From NCBI GenBank assembly GCA_004022145.1, contig RCNU01000007.1: DNA of 64,000 nucleotides, one strand, 5' to 3'. This document shows positions 39,979 to 53,300 of this stretch, in pieces. The translations under genes were made by a program, and so were the position numbers. The notes under the pieces were generated by a model, which was given only the letters and a program-made list of their open reading frames with translations, made no database searches and was not told where the DNA came from. Source of the DNA: Paecilomyces variotii. Taxonomy: Eukaryota. Positions within the stretch are counted from its first letter, which is position 1; every line of letters starts with the position of its first letter.

Positions 39979-41501
39979 TGTGGCAGCTCAGATGGTATCC
40001 GATATAGCTATCGAGGAGGGTGTTGCGTCAGTGCGGGGCACAGGTGTATAGCTCCATCCGTAATTTTAACGGACACATTCTGAGAGATGGGAGAGCAGGC
40101 AATTACTTACATTCTTGAGTGGAAGTTTGAGCAGAAAGGCGCGAGAGATGGCACTGATTCTGGAGGGCTGTTTAAAGGAAGAAGGGGAGGCAGGATGGAT
40201 GGTAGGGAAAAGCAGAAGGTATACAAGTATGTCGTCAACACCGGCCGGCGTGTTGGGGTCCGTGGAGGGGCAACCGTGGGGCTTGGCCGGTGTCCGAGTA
40301 AGTAGGCTCAAGCAGTTGCCCGTTCTCTCTTGTTCTATCTCAGTCACTGTGGCTAAAGCACGCTAAAGGACGCTATTAATATTATTCTACCAGGACTCTA
40401 TATCATTTCATTTCATTTCTGACCATATGATCCTTGCAGGACCCCCATGTGCATCAGTCAATGTCTCCAGACCAGAGATCCCACGATAGCCAACTAACAT
40501 AGGCGTCTGCTAATGCCCTGGATATATCCTGCATTATACAGCCTAGAACACCCATGTGGGAAGAATTGGAAGTGGAATGAAGGTCGAATCCATGCTTTCT
40601 AAGCCTTAATGACCCTTAATAATAACGATAACTACTAGCCGCAACACGGCGTCACGCGTGCAGTCGAATTTTCCAGACCGTCTGGCTTCAGCGTCCCGGG
40701 TCCCCGCATTATTAGCACAGAGTAAGAAACTGATTCTCCGGGTGGTCCGGACACGGCCAGTCTAGAGGCATTACGGGCTATTCAAAAGAAAGATCTGCCT
40801 GAGAAGATCCAGACCCATTGATGGCTGACTAACTGGTACAGATAGTTAACTAACTAGCCATTATGAGAGTACAGAATGACTTTGAACAATAATATATGTC
40901 CAGGCATATTTCAAATCATCATAGCTGTTATCCTTACGCTACTTACTAGGACACCGTTCTCGTGCTAGCTATCTAGTATCTATGTTCCTCTTGAGTCTTG
41001 CTGGACCTAGAGAACGAACTTACAGTCTTACAGGAAACAGCTCGCTCCAATTGTGTCCAGCAGTGAATTGATATATCTTAATAACTCTAGGGAAAGAAAA
41101 TCAAATGAGATCGTTCTATAATCTATTAATATTAGTGGTCTTCAATTTATTTTCTTTTATTAGATGATCCCGGGTAATTATGCAGTACTCTTATCGACCC
41201 CGCGGTGGTTACTTAACCAAGAGATCCCGAAATGACATGACAACTGCGAACCTAAATGATCCATCGATTTCTTTTGCTACAACTCGCAGCGCTGCTTGGT
41301 GATCCGACCTTTCTGACATCATATCGGCACTAAATTCCTTAGCAAGACAGTCTCTGAGCCAGTGGCAGACTTCCGCATCGAAAAAAAAAATCAGCGATGC
41401 CACAGTACCCGAATGATTCGCAGCTGACAACAGACATCATTCGAACCGCGACCCTCACACAGTGTTCCTTCATATAGATCGTTCGCTCCCATTATCGCAT
41501 C

Positions 41502-42406
41502 ATGTTGGAGGATCAAGCTGCGTCTCCAGGTACTAGGATCGCCATACTTATGAACACTTCATCTTCCATCCCGTTCTTTCGATTCGTACGGACGTCATTT
41601 ACAACAACCGCGTCCCAGGCAGTAAATGACCTTGGAGGTCTGAATCCAGGTGTACTCGACCCCACGGCCGACATACACTTCTACGATCCGATAGTGGCAC
41701 AATCATATCCTGATCCATCTTACTACGACCTGATCATTCTCTCCGGGGGTACCGCAGATGTCCGCAATCCAGAGCCTTGGGTAGAAAAGATGCTCGCATA
41801 TATAAGACATTTAGCGGAGAGTTTCCCAGAGAAGAAGATGGTCGGGATCTGCTGGGGTCATCAGGCAATATGCGCTGCCCTTGGAGGTACAGTAATAGCT
41901 ATGGAGGAACCTGAGGTTGGTGTCTGATCTGGCTATATATGCTGCGTCTCAGAAGTAGTAACTGATCTCTCGTATAGCTGGGAATCAGGGCATGCCAACT
42001 AACGGAGGAGGGGAAGTCGTTTTTCCCATTTGCCGCTGAGAAGGGCACATACGTTCGTGGTCTCATCTCATCATAAACCACCCTTTTCCGTAGAAACGAG
42101 GATACTTACTTTTTTCTGCAGCGGATACATCAATTTCACAAACGCCAGGTCGATATTCCAGTCCCTGGCTTCATTTCACTGGCAGAAAATAACCAGGTGT
42201 TCCTATCACCGTCGAAAAATATACTCACGCTCCAGGGTCATCCGGAAATGAATGGTGACTTAGCCAGTATGATCATGGATCACGCTTTCACATACATCGG
42301 TTCGTCCGATCATAGAAGCCTGAATATTGTGAAGCGTTCCATGCAGGAAGAGCATGATGGAGTGAAGATCTTTAGGAAGATCCTAGAGTGGGCATCAGGA
42401 GACTAA
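41502..42406 (+). CDS. Class I glutamine amidotransferase-like protein
   Basis: Exons 41502-41915, 41978-42052, 42122-42406; IILSGG, GICWGHQ (nucleophile Cys), LQGHPE (His-x-Glu). Confidence 0.88.
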
Positions 42407-43015
42407 TATCTAGAGGTGTCGCGCGAGGTATCAGAGAATCTGATATATCTCACCTGGATTCGTGAAAAGGGGCTGCTCATCTGAAATAGCCACGAAAGAG
42501 ATGGATACAGAAATGCAGGGCAACAAAGAACTTTTTGGTGGCTGTAAGAGGTGGATCATAATACTCGAGACCAACGATCCGGCACCCACAATAATCAACT
42601 ACCATGCAATGTATATTATATAACATATGAATTCCAGTCAGAGAACAATATTCAAAAATTCAAATATTGTAGGGCCGACATGGACCTCATCCTTTAGTCT
42701 GGACGCCGCCAAGCCTTGAAAGGACCGTGCACGGACCACACGTATCTTTGAAGGCATCAAATCCGCCGCGTCGCAATTCCAGCAGATTTGCCAGTACCAG
42801 CTCCTCCTCACCGCATTACAAACGCAGTCTCAGAAAACTCATTCCTGGATCCTTTGCGACACGTGAGGAGCTGCGATTTATCCAGGAAGTTCAGAGTCAT
42901 CTCCACGATCAGCGGCACAGCAAGCTACAGAGCGAGCTGCTTGCTCCTAACAGAGGCCGCTTCATCTAGAACAATAAGCGTGACACGATCGCCTCCACAA
43001 ATCGAGTGCTGAGCC

Positions 43016-45539
43016 ATGTATAATCCTTATCAACGTGAGTTCTTTTGGCTCTCCAGTTTTATGTGTTTTGTTCTATTATGGGTTTTGCTCATGCTGACCG
43101 TTCGCAAGCTCCCGGTCTCTATGGCCGTCCTCCAGAATTCCCCGGTTTTCCTGGCGCACCACCAGGCATGGGTATGTTCCCTCCTATGATACGACGTTTT
43201 TACTTTAGATTCTAATTTTGTAATCTAGGTCCTCCTCCCGGCATCGGTGCTGCGCCTGGAACGGCGCCTCCCCCAGGTGTGCAGCAGGCAAACGCTGCGC
43301 AGCCAGGTCGACCCGCTGGCTTCCCCCCGAACTTCCAACCGCCTGCGAACATGCCAAACATCAACTTCTCTGCGCCTGTTATTCGACTCGGTACTTCAGG
43401 ACCTTCAAAGTCAGCTACACCGGAAAGTGGTAGAGAACGTGGCGGAGAGTTTGGAGGGAGACGCGCAGGCCTGGGTTCCGGTACCCTGGAGTCGCAACGA
43501 CAGAATGTACGAGATGCTATGATGCAGCTACAACCGCCGACCAAGGAGGAGATTGTTCGGACTATTTTCGTCGGTGGGATTACTGAAGGTACCGGAGGCG
43601 ATGAAGGTATCGAGAGGATTTTGCGATCCGCTGGGAACTTGAGACGCTGGATTCGCGCCACTGATGCGGACGATAAGCCTTGCAAGTTTGGTTTCGCAGA
43701 GTACGAGGACCCTGAAAGCCTAGGTACTGCTGTGGAAGTACTAAACGACGTGGAAGTTCCTGTAAAAAGACAGATGCCGTCAGAGGGCGAGCAGGAGCGT
43801 GAGGTGGAAAAGAGCAAGTTATTGGTACGTATGAAGAACGCACGTTGTTCTTTTTCGATATTAACTGGAAAACAGGTCGTGATTGATGACAGCACTCTGA
43901 ACTACCTCGAACAATATGAGAACAGCAGAGGTGACAAGGACCCTGCAGAGCTTCAGGCTCGTCTGGATAATGCGCGCAAGACTCTTGCTAGCGTATTAGA
44001 AGACCTAGCAAACCCTACTGCTCCAACTCAAAAAGAAGATGCTTCCGTGATTGATCGCGAAGGCGACACTGCTATGAAAGATGCCGACGGTCAGAACGAA
44101 GAGAACGCTGCTGAGGTCGTCACTATTCCTATCACTGTCGATGATGAACTGTCCGACATCCCAGCTGAGATGCGAGAGACTGTCGCTAAGGAGATTGCTG
44201 CTTTCCGCGAGAGGAGCAACCGCAGGGATCTTGAGCGTCTCAAGCGGGAGGAGGAAATTGAATCTATGGAGCGGGCTAGGAATGCGGGTCCGAGAGTCAA
44301 CCGCCTCGCATCTCCGCCTCGTACGGCGCCCAGCGGTCCTGCTGGAGGCGCCAACGGTATCCCTCTCGGTCCTAGGGACAGGGGCGTACCAAATGCGCCT
44401 TCCGGACCCAAGGGATTTGGCGTGCAGATTCCAAAGGATTACCAGAAAGGTGTTTCCTTTGTCAACGGAGGAATCAGCGGGTCTACTGCTTTCGAAGATG
44501 AAGATACCGATGCTAGTGACGAAGAACTCGAGCGAAGGCGGAAGGAGAAGCGGGATGCAGAGCTGGAAAAACTGTATCTCGACCAAGAGCGGCGCTGGCT
44601 GAACCGCGAGCGGAGTAGAACAGCAGCTGTTGAACGAGAAAAGAACCGAGACAAAGAAGAAGAGGCGAAGGCCGACGAAACCAAGGAGGCTATGGCTAAA
44701 CGTCTTCGAGAATGGAACGATGATACTGAGGCCAGCCGAAAAGTCGAGGACTATTATGCGGATCGTGGTGCTTGGATTCGGAGCCGTGCTGCCTTCAGAA
44801 GCCGAGAGCAGGCTATGGATGACGCTGACCGCGCTGCGGAGGAACGAGAGAAGGCCCGATCCCAGCAGCAACGAGAACAGGCCCGCGGAATGGCGGACGA
44901 CTTCCTCGCTCGCCAGGCAGAGGAGCTGGAGTCTCGCCACGAAGTTCCAAGAGAGCCCCAGCGCTTCAAGCTCTCTCTGGGAGCCGCCGCGCAGAAGGCT
45001 CAGGCCCAGTCGACGCGCAGGACAGTTGCGGAAGTCGAGGGTCTTCTGGAAGACGAAGAAGAGACAGGCATCACGCAGAAGCGTGCCCTCGTCCCCATCA
45101 AGTTCGATTCCGCAGCAGAGGCTTCCGGGCTCACAGAAGAAGAGCGTGCCCAGGCTGCCAGACAACTGGCGGCGGAGATCCCGACAGAGAAGGAAGGACT
45201 ATGGAAGTGGGATGTCAAGTGGGAATTTGTGGACGAAAGCGTCCTCACCGAGCAGCTCAGACCGTTCGTCGAGAAGAAGATTGTGGAGTACTTGGGAGTG
45301 CAAGAGCAGATGCTGGTGGAGGTTGTGGAAGAGCATGTCCGCAAGCACGGGCCTCCTCAAGAACTTGTGGAACAGCTAGAAATGGTGAGTTTACGAATCC
45401 CCCGACACTTTGCTGCAGAGAGCCATTACTGATAATTGAAATTTAGGCTCTGGACGAGGAAGCAGAGGTATTGGTGAAGAAGCTTTGGCGGATGATCATT
45501 TTCTTCTCCGAAAGCGAAAAGAGAGGTCTTTCTGCGTAA
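43016..45539 (+). CDS. U1 snRNP-associated Snu71/RBM25-like protein (RRM, charged region, PWI domain)
   Basis: Exons 43016-43034, 43109-43171, 43229-43824, 43876-45384, 45447-45539. RTIFVGGI..KFGFAEY (RRM); IPTEKEGLWKW..FVEKKIVEYLG..LDEEAEVLVKKLWRMIIF (PWI). Confidence 0.9.
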
Positions 45540-46008
45540 ATGCCGGAGGAGCATTATCAAGATGCTTCTTGCTGAGTAGCTCACTTAGAAAACACCATCT
45601 TATTACAAGGGCTTCTTATTGGTAGTTTCAACTATGTAATGCTTTCGATACCTGGGACTCACGGGTTCACACTTTATGTATTACCGGCATACTAGCGATT
45701 CTGATGATCATTCTACCATAGTGAAAATATGGCGCTTAACGCCCATTGTACTTAAATTGTAGGAAACTCCACTTCCTGTCTCGATCACCCGACAATAACG
45801 TGGTCCGCAGTACCGTCCAGTAAATCCGCCGTAGATCTATCTACTCGACCGCAATAAGAGTAGAATGCGGGGTTCGGATGTTTCATATCTGTGACAGTCC
45901 TCGTCTGAAGACATGAACCTATATAAAATCGACTTGGGAACGAACAACTACTTACCAACCGTGACCAAACCAGATCCAACACAAACATACCACCAAATAA
46001 AGTAAAAG

Positions 46009-47410
46009 ATGTCATCTTTCCATCCCAGCTCCTTGCCCGATCTGACTGGGAGAGTATATGTCGTGACGGGTGGGAATACGGGTCTGTACGTACAGTGTTT
46101 TCACATTTATATCCTCATCCTCCTCCTTTACAATAACCACTGGCTAGCATAACTAAATTGAGCTCGTTAAGTATATAACATATCACTAACAGAGTCGAAA
46201 AATAGCGGCTATGAAACAACCTTACAACTCGCTACCCATGGTGCCAGAGTATATCTCTGCTCGAGGTCCGAAGAAAATGGTAACGAGGCTATTCGACATA
46301 TCAAGGAGCGGGTTCCCGGAGCGGATGTACGGCTTGTAAAGATGGATTTGGCCGATTTGAGAAGTGTAGTTGATGCTGCGGGGATGTTGAAGAGGTGGGT
46401 TTGTTTAAGAGTTCGAAATTCACGTATATGTCATCGTGACTGATGCATCTGCGTTCGAACAGACAAGAACCTCGCATACATGGCCTCGTCAATAACGCAG
46501 GAATAATGGCTACTCCATACGAGAAGACCCTAGATGGATATGAGGCCCAGTTTCAGGTATATATATAACACGATCACTTCCATCCTGATCTCCCAATCCC
46601 TACCCAACTTGACCAGATGGAAACTACCTAAACTAACCACATACTCTTTTCCCCCCTTTCTTTCTTCAAAGATAAACTACATCTCCCACTGGCTCCTAAC
46701 CCAGACCCTCCTCCCATCCATCCAAGCAGCAGCATCAATCTCTCCACCGGGGACAGTCCGCATCGTAAACGTCTCCTCGCAGGCACATCACGACGCGCCC
46801 TCATACGGTATCAACCTCTTAGATGTGAACCAGAACGTAGGTTTCATCACGGGACCAGTAAAGAGGTACGGGGCATCTAAATTAGCGAATATCCTTCACG
46901 CGAGGGAATTGTACAGGCGATACGGCACGCTAGAGACCAGAGCATTACATGCGGATCCAGTCTCGATCCCGAGTGAGGGTGAGATTTGGACCGCGAGTAT
47001 TAACCCCGGAAGGGTAGATACGTGCGTTAATTAAAATCCCATTTCTGTCCTTTCCTTTCGCTACTATGTATATATGTTTATATATTTCTAGATATAGACT
47101 TGCTAATTTGATTGTTATCGTTAATAGGAAATTATTGCGTCGCTTCGATGGGAATATCCTGCTTTGGCTTGTGTCGATTCTTATAGATGCGTTAGCGCGG
47201 ATTCTCCCTCTGAACCAGACGGTGGAGAAAGGGGCATATACGCAGCTGTTTGCTATTGCGAGTGATGGATTTAACAAGGAGATTAGTGGGCAGTATCTGG
47301 AAAATGGGACAGAGTTGGGTCAAATGACAAGTAGAGCGAGAGATGATGGTCTGGCGAGGGAGTTATGGGAATGGACAGAGGCAGAAATGAAGCGGCTGGG
47401 GTTTGTTTAA
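46009..47410 (+). CDS. Short-chain dehydrogenase/reductase (retinol-dehydrogenase-like)
   Basis: Exons 46009-46085, 46206-46394, 46463-46556, 46672-47021, 47128-47410; VTGGNTGLG, LVNNAG, IVNVSS, YGASK, NPG.V.T. Confidence 0.9.
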
Positions 47411-47702
47411 TGGCGTGTCTTGGGTTAGTTAAAGAACTAGATTACTGGGGGTATTAGAGAATCGAACATGGGCCTTTGGTATTGCTTTTCATGTATGTTC
47501 GTAGGTGGGAGATAGTCTACATTACGCAAAGTAATATCTATATCTATATATTTCTAGCTGTTCCAATTCGTTCTCTAGTATCCCAGACGGCACAAAAGAA
47601 CAACCCTACAGGTTTCGGGGACACGACACTATCTAAGCCATTACCAAAACCACGAGACAGAATGCCAAAAAAAAACGATAACAAAAATGAAATACTAATG
47701 AG

Positions 47703-47793
47703 TGGACTATGTGGGAATCGAACCCACGACCTCTCGCAGATGCGATCATAAAGGGATGCGAAGCGAGCGCTCTACCAACTGAGCTAACAGCCC
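47703..47793 (-). tRNA. tRNA-Ala(CGC) with 18-nt intron (47739-47756)
   Basis: GGGCTGT-TA-GCTCAGTTGGTAGAGC-G-CTCGC-TTCGCA-[intron]-T-GCGAG-AGGTC-GTGGGTTCGATTCCCAC-ATAGTCC-A: cloverleaf, G3:U70 Ala determinant, anticodon CGC. Confidence 0.95.
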
Positions 47794-50317
47794 GACAACT
47801 TGGCATTAGCTGGCTTATTTTGAATCATCAAAATGTACAGCTTATTTCCCAATAGGGAAGCTCAACGATTATCATTACATTATGGTAGACTTGCATGCAA
47901 GACAGAGACTCATATCACACTTGAATATGTTAATATTCTACCACACACATGGCGTAAAAACCGATAAGATTAGTCGACTACGTGTTTTTTTCATCTCATA
48001 TTAATGCATTTAGTCCTAAGGCGCGGATCTATTGGTTCACATCCTCTCTGGGGATAGACTATATATTCCGGCTTCCAACGGAACACATGCCAAGCCTAAT
48101 GGTACACTTATTTCTCTGATTCCGTACATTATATGGTGAATTATTAGCTCAATTATTGGATCTCCTCTATTGAACTCTTTATCCGCAACTAAAATGATTG
48201 ACCTGGGGGCTATTTAATTAAAATGCGGGCGATCGACAATACAGCTGATTGCTAAATAATGGGCCGGGAAAGCCTTACCCTGCTGATCCGACCTGCGGCA
48301 CCTTATCATATGACCCCGTTCGTCTGTGGACGGGGCAAGTTAATAGCTAGCACTAAAGGGGCAGAAACATCTTGCTGATGAGAATGAAGAAAAGACCAAT
48401 AGCAGGTTCATGTTGTTGTTGTCGCATGCAATACAGATGTCTGGTCCCTAAGATGCTGGGCGTTCTCGAGTAGATACTCGGATATGAGATCAGGAGCTCT
48501 GCAGTCCTCGATCGGATAGAGCTATATCCCCAAGGAAGGAATCTAATGCAGTAACAAGCTTGCTCGTAACTCAGATTGCACTACAGAGTACAGTCTCCAG
48601 TCTACCGCCGCTCTTAGTGGCAGAGACGTTTGGAGAAAACATGCGCTGGGGGCAGCATAGGCTCAGGGTCCCAAACAGAGCGGACCGTGCCGATTTGAAG
48701 GTTGAATGAGTTCTAACTTCTGTCTAGTTAGCCGACGGTTCCCCGTTATTATGAAGTAGTTCGCTAGTAATAATTCATAGTCAGCAACAGCTCGAATCGT
48801 AACTGTTTATTACGTCGACTGACGGGGATGGCGTTCCTGGAGTCACCACGGAGGCACCAATTATCCTTGTGCTCACCGGGAACGGCGTCTGGAGGGATGA
48901 CGATGCTCCCCGAGTCATCGTCATAAGCCGGCAGAGTATCATGATTCATCTGTCTAATAATCAATTTCCTAACCTCAAGGAACTCACACGCTAGGGCAAA
49001 GAAGTCCAGATTCCCGCGTGCATGGTCAGTGGAACCGATTGCGCAGCTACCTACGGAATCGAGCGCTCAGCGCGGGCGCCCAAGCCGTGCGGGACGGGCT
49101 GCGGGAGGAGTTCTGGCTCGAGCTGAGTAGGATGCAGTACCTGGACGACAGCACGTATTACTGTACAATGGAAAAAATATCCTCCAGTCAAGGACCAGGA
49201 TGCATCGCAGTGGACACGGTATTTTCCGCATGTGCATATTGAGGCTGACAGCTCCGGATGGCGCATCCGAGGGGAAAAAAAAGGGTCTCAGGCCACAGTG
49301 GCGAGCTGGATGGGCATTGACTGTATCCGAAACTCTTGAGAGCTGAGCAGAGAAATAGAGAATTGGCTTCCTGGTAACATTCATGAGTGTCAAAAGTAGA
49401 TAACAGCATTGTTGCTGAAGACAATAATCACAAAATATAATAACTGCTTGTCCATCGGTCTCCATCGTTGAGCACAGACAGCCTCACGGGCCAACCTCCC
49501 GTACTTAGTTAACCTGGGGGCGTGGAGGGACAGACAGGAGAAAGACCATCTTTTGGTTAGATCAATCATCACGGTCCGTTTTGACCAGAGATCCCAGCAC
49601 GTTTGGGGCGACCAACTCCCGGGGTAAATGAACGATCCATCTTGTTCGTCTCTCTCGCCCGCGGAAGCTGTCCGGCCTGCGAAGGGTTTAGCCCCGTCTC
49701 CGTCGGATCGCTCCGACCTCGACTCCTGCTTCTCTGCTCTGCTCTGCTTCAAACCTCCCCATCATCCATTATTTCCATTCGGACTGAACGCCTTCTTCGA
49801 TCATGAGCGCCACTGCTCTTGCGCTGACCACTGCGACCGTTCTGATCTCCGTCCACCCCGTCAGAACATGAAGATGCCCGCGTCCTGTTGGGCTCGATCC
49901 TGCACCCGCATCCCGACCTCGACGCATCCTGCTCGCATCTATACTTGCTCCCGCATATGAGCCTCAGCTGCGATCTCCTCTCCGCATCTCCTCTCCATTG
50001 ACCATCGTCCGCGCGTGTCCAGATCTCTCGTCTTCCTCCCTTGCTGGCTCTCCGTTCTGCTACGGTAGCCTCAGCGTGTGACGAACGATCTCCGCCCGGG
50101 GCTGACTCCGCTCAAACGTTTCGCGTCCCCGCCGTCCGTACCTCAGTGGAACCTCTGTTCCGCCACACCCCTTTCCCCTCTCCCTTCCCCGCGGCGAGCT
50201 CTTCGATTGATGATTCCCCCAGCCTCAGCTGTGCAGAGCTCCTGAGGTTTCCACTGCGCGCCAACGTTCCTGTCCCTTCGCTGCCCATTGCTGGGAGACG
50301 TCATATCAAGCGTCGAT

Positions 50318-53300
50318 ATGACAGGACTAGAGCATGATGGGCCCGATAGGAGGCATGGATCGCACAGCTCGAGCAATGGCAGTTTACACTCACAAGAGAC
50401 AATAACTGATAATAATCAAACGAAGAACCGCAGACAGGGCCTGTATCTGGCAAAAGGTCGAGGTGTCCCGCCGCAATCGGATTCCCCGACTCTGGACAGG
50501 TGAGGATACCTGATGCATGCCTCATGCATTTTCCCCCATGCGTCAACACGGTCGGCCCCTTCCCTGATACTGTTCTGAATGTTTCATTTTTGATGCGCGA
50601 TTATCAAGTAGCTGTTATTGCCTGCAATCTTCTGCATCTACCACTCACACAATACTCATTTATGGTTCACTCTGTGCTATGAAAGTTGCGATGATAAGTC
50701 ACATTGGAAGACCTAGCTGAGAGTTTCTCTCGTATCCCATTACACTGCACGCTACATCCAGTTTCGCGACATTCCATGGTGATTGCTGATGCCTTTCAGA
50801 TCGGATTCACGCAGTCGCAAACCTACCAGAGATGCGGCCGAGGAGCGTGACGCCCGATTTCGTTCAAGTTCACCAGACGTATCTCCAACTGACCGACGGC
50901 AGATGTCGGGTCTGGGTAACCACAGAAGAGCATTAGCTGTGCTCGATGATGCAACATCATCGCGGCCGCAGGGGCCTTCGTCAGACACCAGCTCTATTAA
51001 CCAGGAACAGGTCGGATGGTCATCATCGCCCACGATCCCCCCGAGCGCTGGTCCTGGCACTTTCTTTAACGAAGCCTCCGAATACGAAATATCTCCAGCC
51101 TCGCCGCTATTCCGGCCCGGTACGGGACGTACGGCAGCCAGCGACTCGGGAGAGTTAGGTTACGATCGTGATAACAGAAGGCCTTCGGTTGCCAGCCAAA
51201 CAACAATAAGCAGTCAAGGATCACGATCTAGCCATAGCGGTGGCAAGTTCCGCAAGAAGCTGCAAGGCTTTTTTGGCGATGAATTCAATGTAAGCGCAGA
51301 TTCCGATGGTAACCCTCAGAATCACAATTCTGCCGCAAGTTCGGCCCGGGGTAGGAACAACTCTGTTGGTTCTCGCAACACCTCGGACCGCGCTGCATCT
51401 CCCCCAAGACCTCATACTCCTCTGCCGTCAAGCGAGGTCACCCCATGGATGTACCAGAGGTTTCATGTGAGTTATCACCGTGCTGCTTGCGCATGTGAAT
51501 TGTTTGCGGAACTGCGCCTGCTGAGTCCTTATGCGGACGGTGTCAAAACCATCGTCGTCCACCTTGAACCTCCCGTTCAAGTTACTCATCGTCTTTTCTT
51601 ATTTATTTATTTTTATCTTTGATTTTGGTCCATGCTCTATCTTACGACATGTCTATCGATGACATGAGCTGACATTTGGACCATTCCCAGGACATCCCTC
51701 AGTACGGGGACGCACCAGTTAGACCGGCACCTATTGATCCGGACAGTCATCGTTTTGCTGGAAATCAAAATTCCCAGAAGGATTCAAACCGTATGCACTT
51801 CCCTGGTCATCGTCATTCTCGAAGCAAAGAAGAAAGGTCGACTATATCAGGTGACTCATCGCGTCCTATTACAGGAAACGACGATATCAGTATCGGCTCT
51901 CGATCCCGGGATGGCGGCCGCAGTGCGTCGGCTGCAACTAGCTCGGCTGGCCGGGCTACAAGCCCAACTCCCAGTCTCCAGAGCTCCCTCTATCGGGAAT
52001 CTGATGATCCACACTCGCCTGGTCTGCCACCGAATAAGCGTGGTTTCCTCGATAAGCTGCGCCGTCACAAAGCCCCGAATACGTTGAAGCATCTGCCCGG
52101 ATCAAGCAAGTCGCTTCTTGACCCATCCAAAGGATCTTCTAAGTCGAAGAGGGATGCCTCTCCGGTTAGAGTAGGTCGACAAGGCTCCATCGAAGGCCCT
52201 GGGCCGGTGAGGCCAGACACGGCAGATTCAGATCGTAGAAAGGATTCCGCCAAAGGAATTGGCATTGGGCCCGCCAAATTCCGAGGCAGACGAGGTGCTA
52301 GTCATGAAACCGGGGCCAAGGAGCCTAGAGCTCAGTCGGATCAGGAAGGCTTCTGGACGCTCGACACTGATCTTGACGACATGACAGGCATTATCAGCGG
52401 ACCACGGCCGCCGTCACCCAGAGACAAGAGCAGTATTCACGATGCAACTACCTCGCAGGGCCAAGACGGAAAGGATCGAAATAGTCAGCTTGGGAATTGG
52501 TACGCCCCTGAAAGTTGGCAGGTCAAGCGGCAGGACATCGCTGCGCGAATACCAGAAACAGCGGATGATTCGCGCGGTCCGCCAGTGAAAGATGACGGCA
52601 AATCATATTTCATTCGCATATTCCGTATCGACTCGACCTTTGCTACCCTCTCTTCCGGTTTAAACACAACAGTGGCCGACATTCTAGTGATGCTCGGTCG
52701 AAAGTCATTCTTGCAAGATGATCTTAATAACTATGAGATTGTCCTCCGGAAAAATGATCTGTCGCGGCAATTAGATCACAGTGAAAGACCTATTCTAATG
52801 CAGAAGCGGCTGCTCGAGCAAGTCGGGTACACTCCGGCAGACAGAATCGAAGACATTGGTCGGGAGGATCACAGCTATATCTGCCGTTTCACTTTCTTAC
52901 CGACAAAACTCAGCGGATACAGCAGTCTGGAAGGTGATCCAGGATTCAACAAAATGCAGAAATTCAGCCACGTGGATCTCCAAGGGCGCAGCCTTGTTAC
53001 AATCCCGATAACACTCTACAAGAAGGCCTCGGAGATCATATCGCTCAATCTCTCAAGGAACCTGTCAATGGATGTCCCGAAGGACTTTATCCAGAGCTGC
53101 ATTAACTTGAGAGAGATCAAATTCATGAGCAATGAAGCCAAACGTCTACCCCCTAGTATTGGCCTGGCGTCTCGGTTGACTGTGCTGGATATATCCAACA
53201 ACCGCTTGGAAGATCTCGAACATGCCCATCTCGACAGGTTGCAAGGTCTTGTCAGTATCAAGATGGCAAACAACAAACTGACCCATCTACCCTCTTACTT

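Noticed and set aside
44005..45165. 386-aa antisense ORF, and 249-aa alternate-frame ORF at 44630-45379
   Set aside because: Shadows of the charged, low-complexity Snu71/RBM25 coding strand; no motifs.
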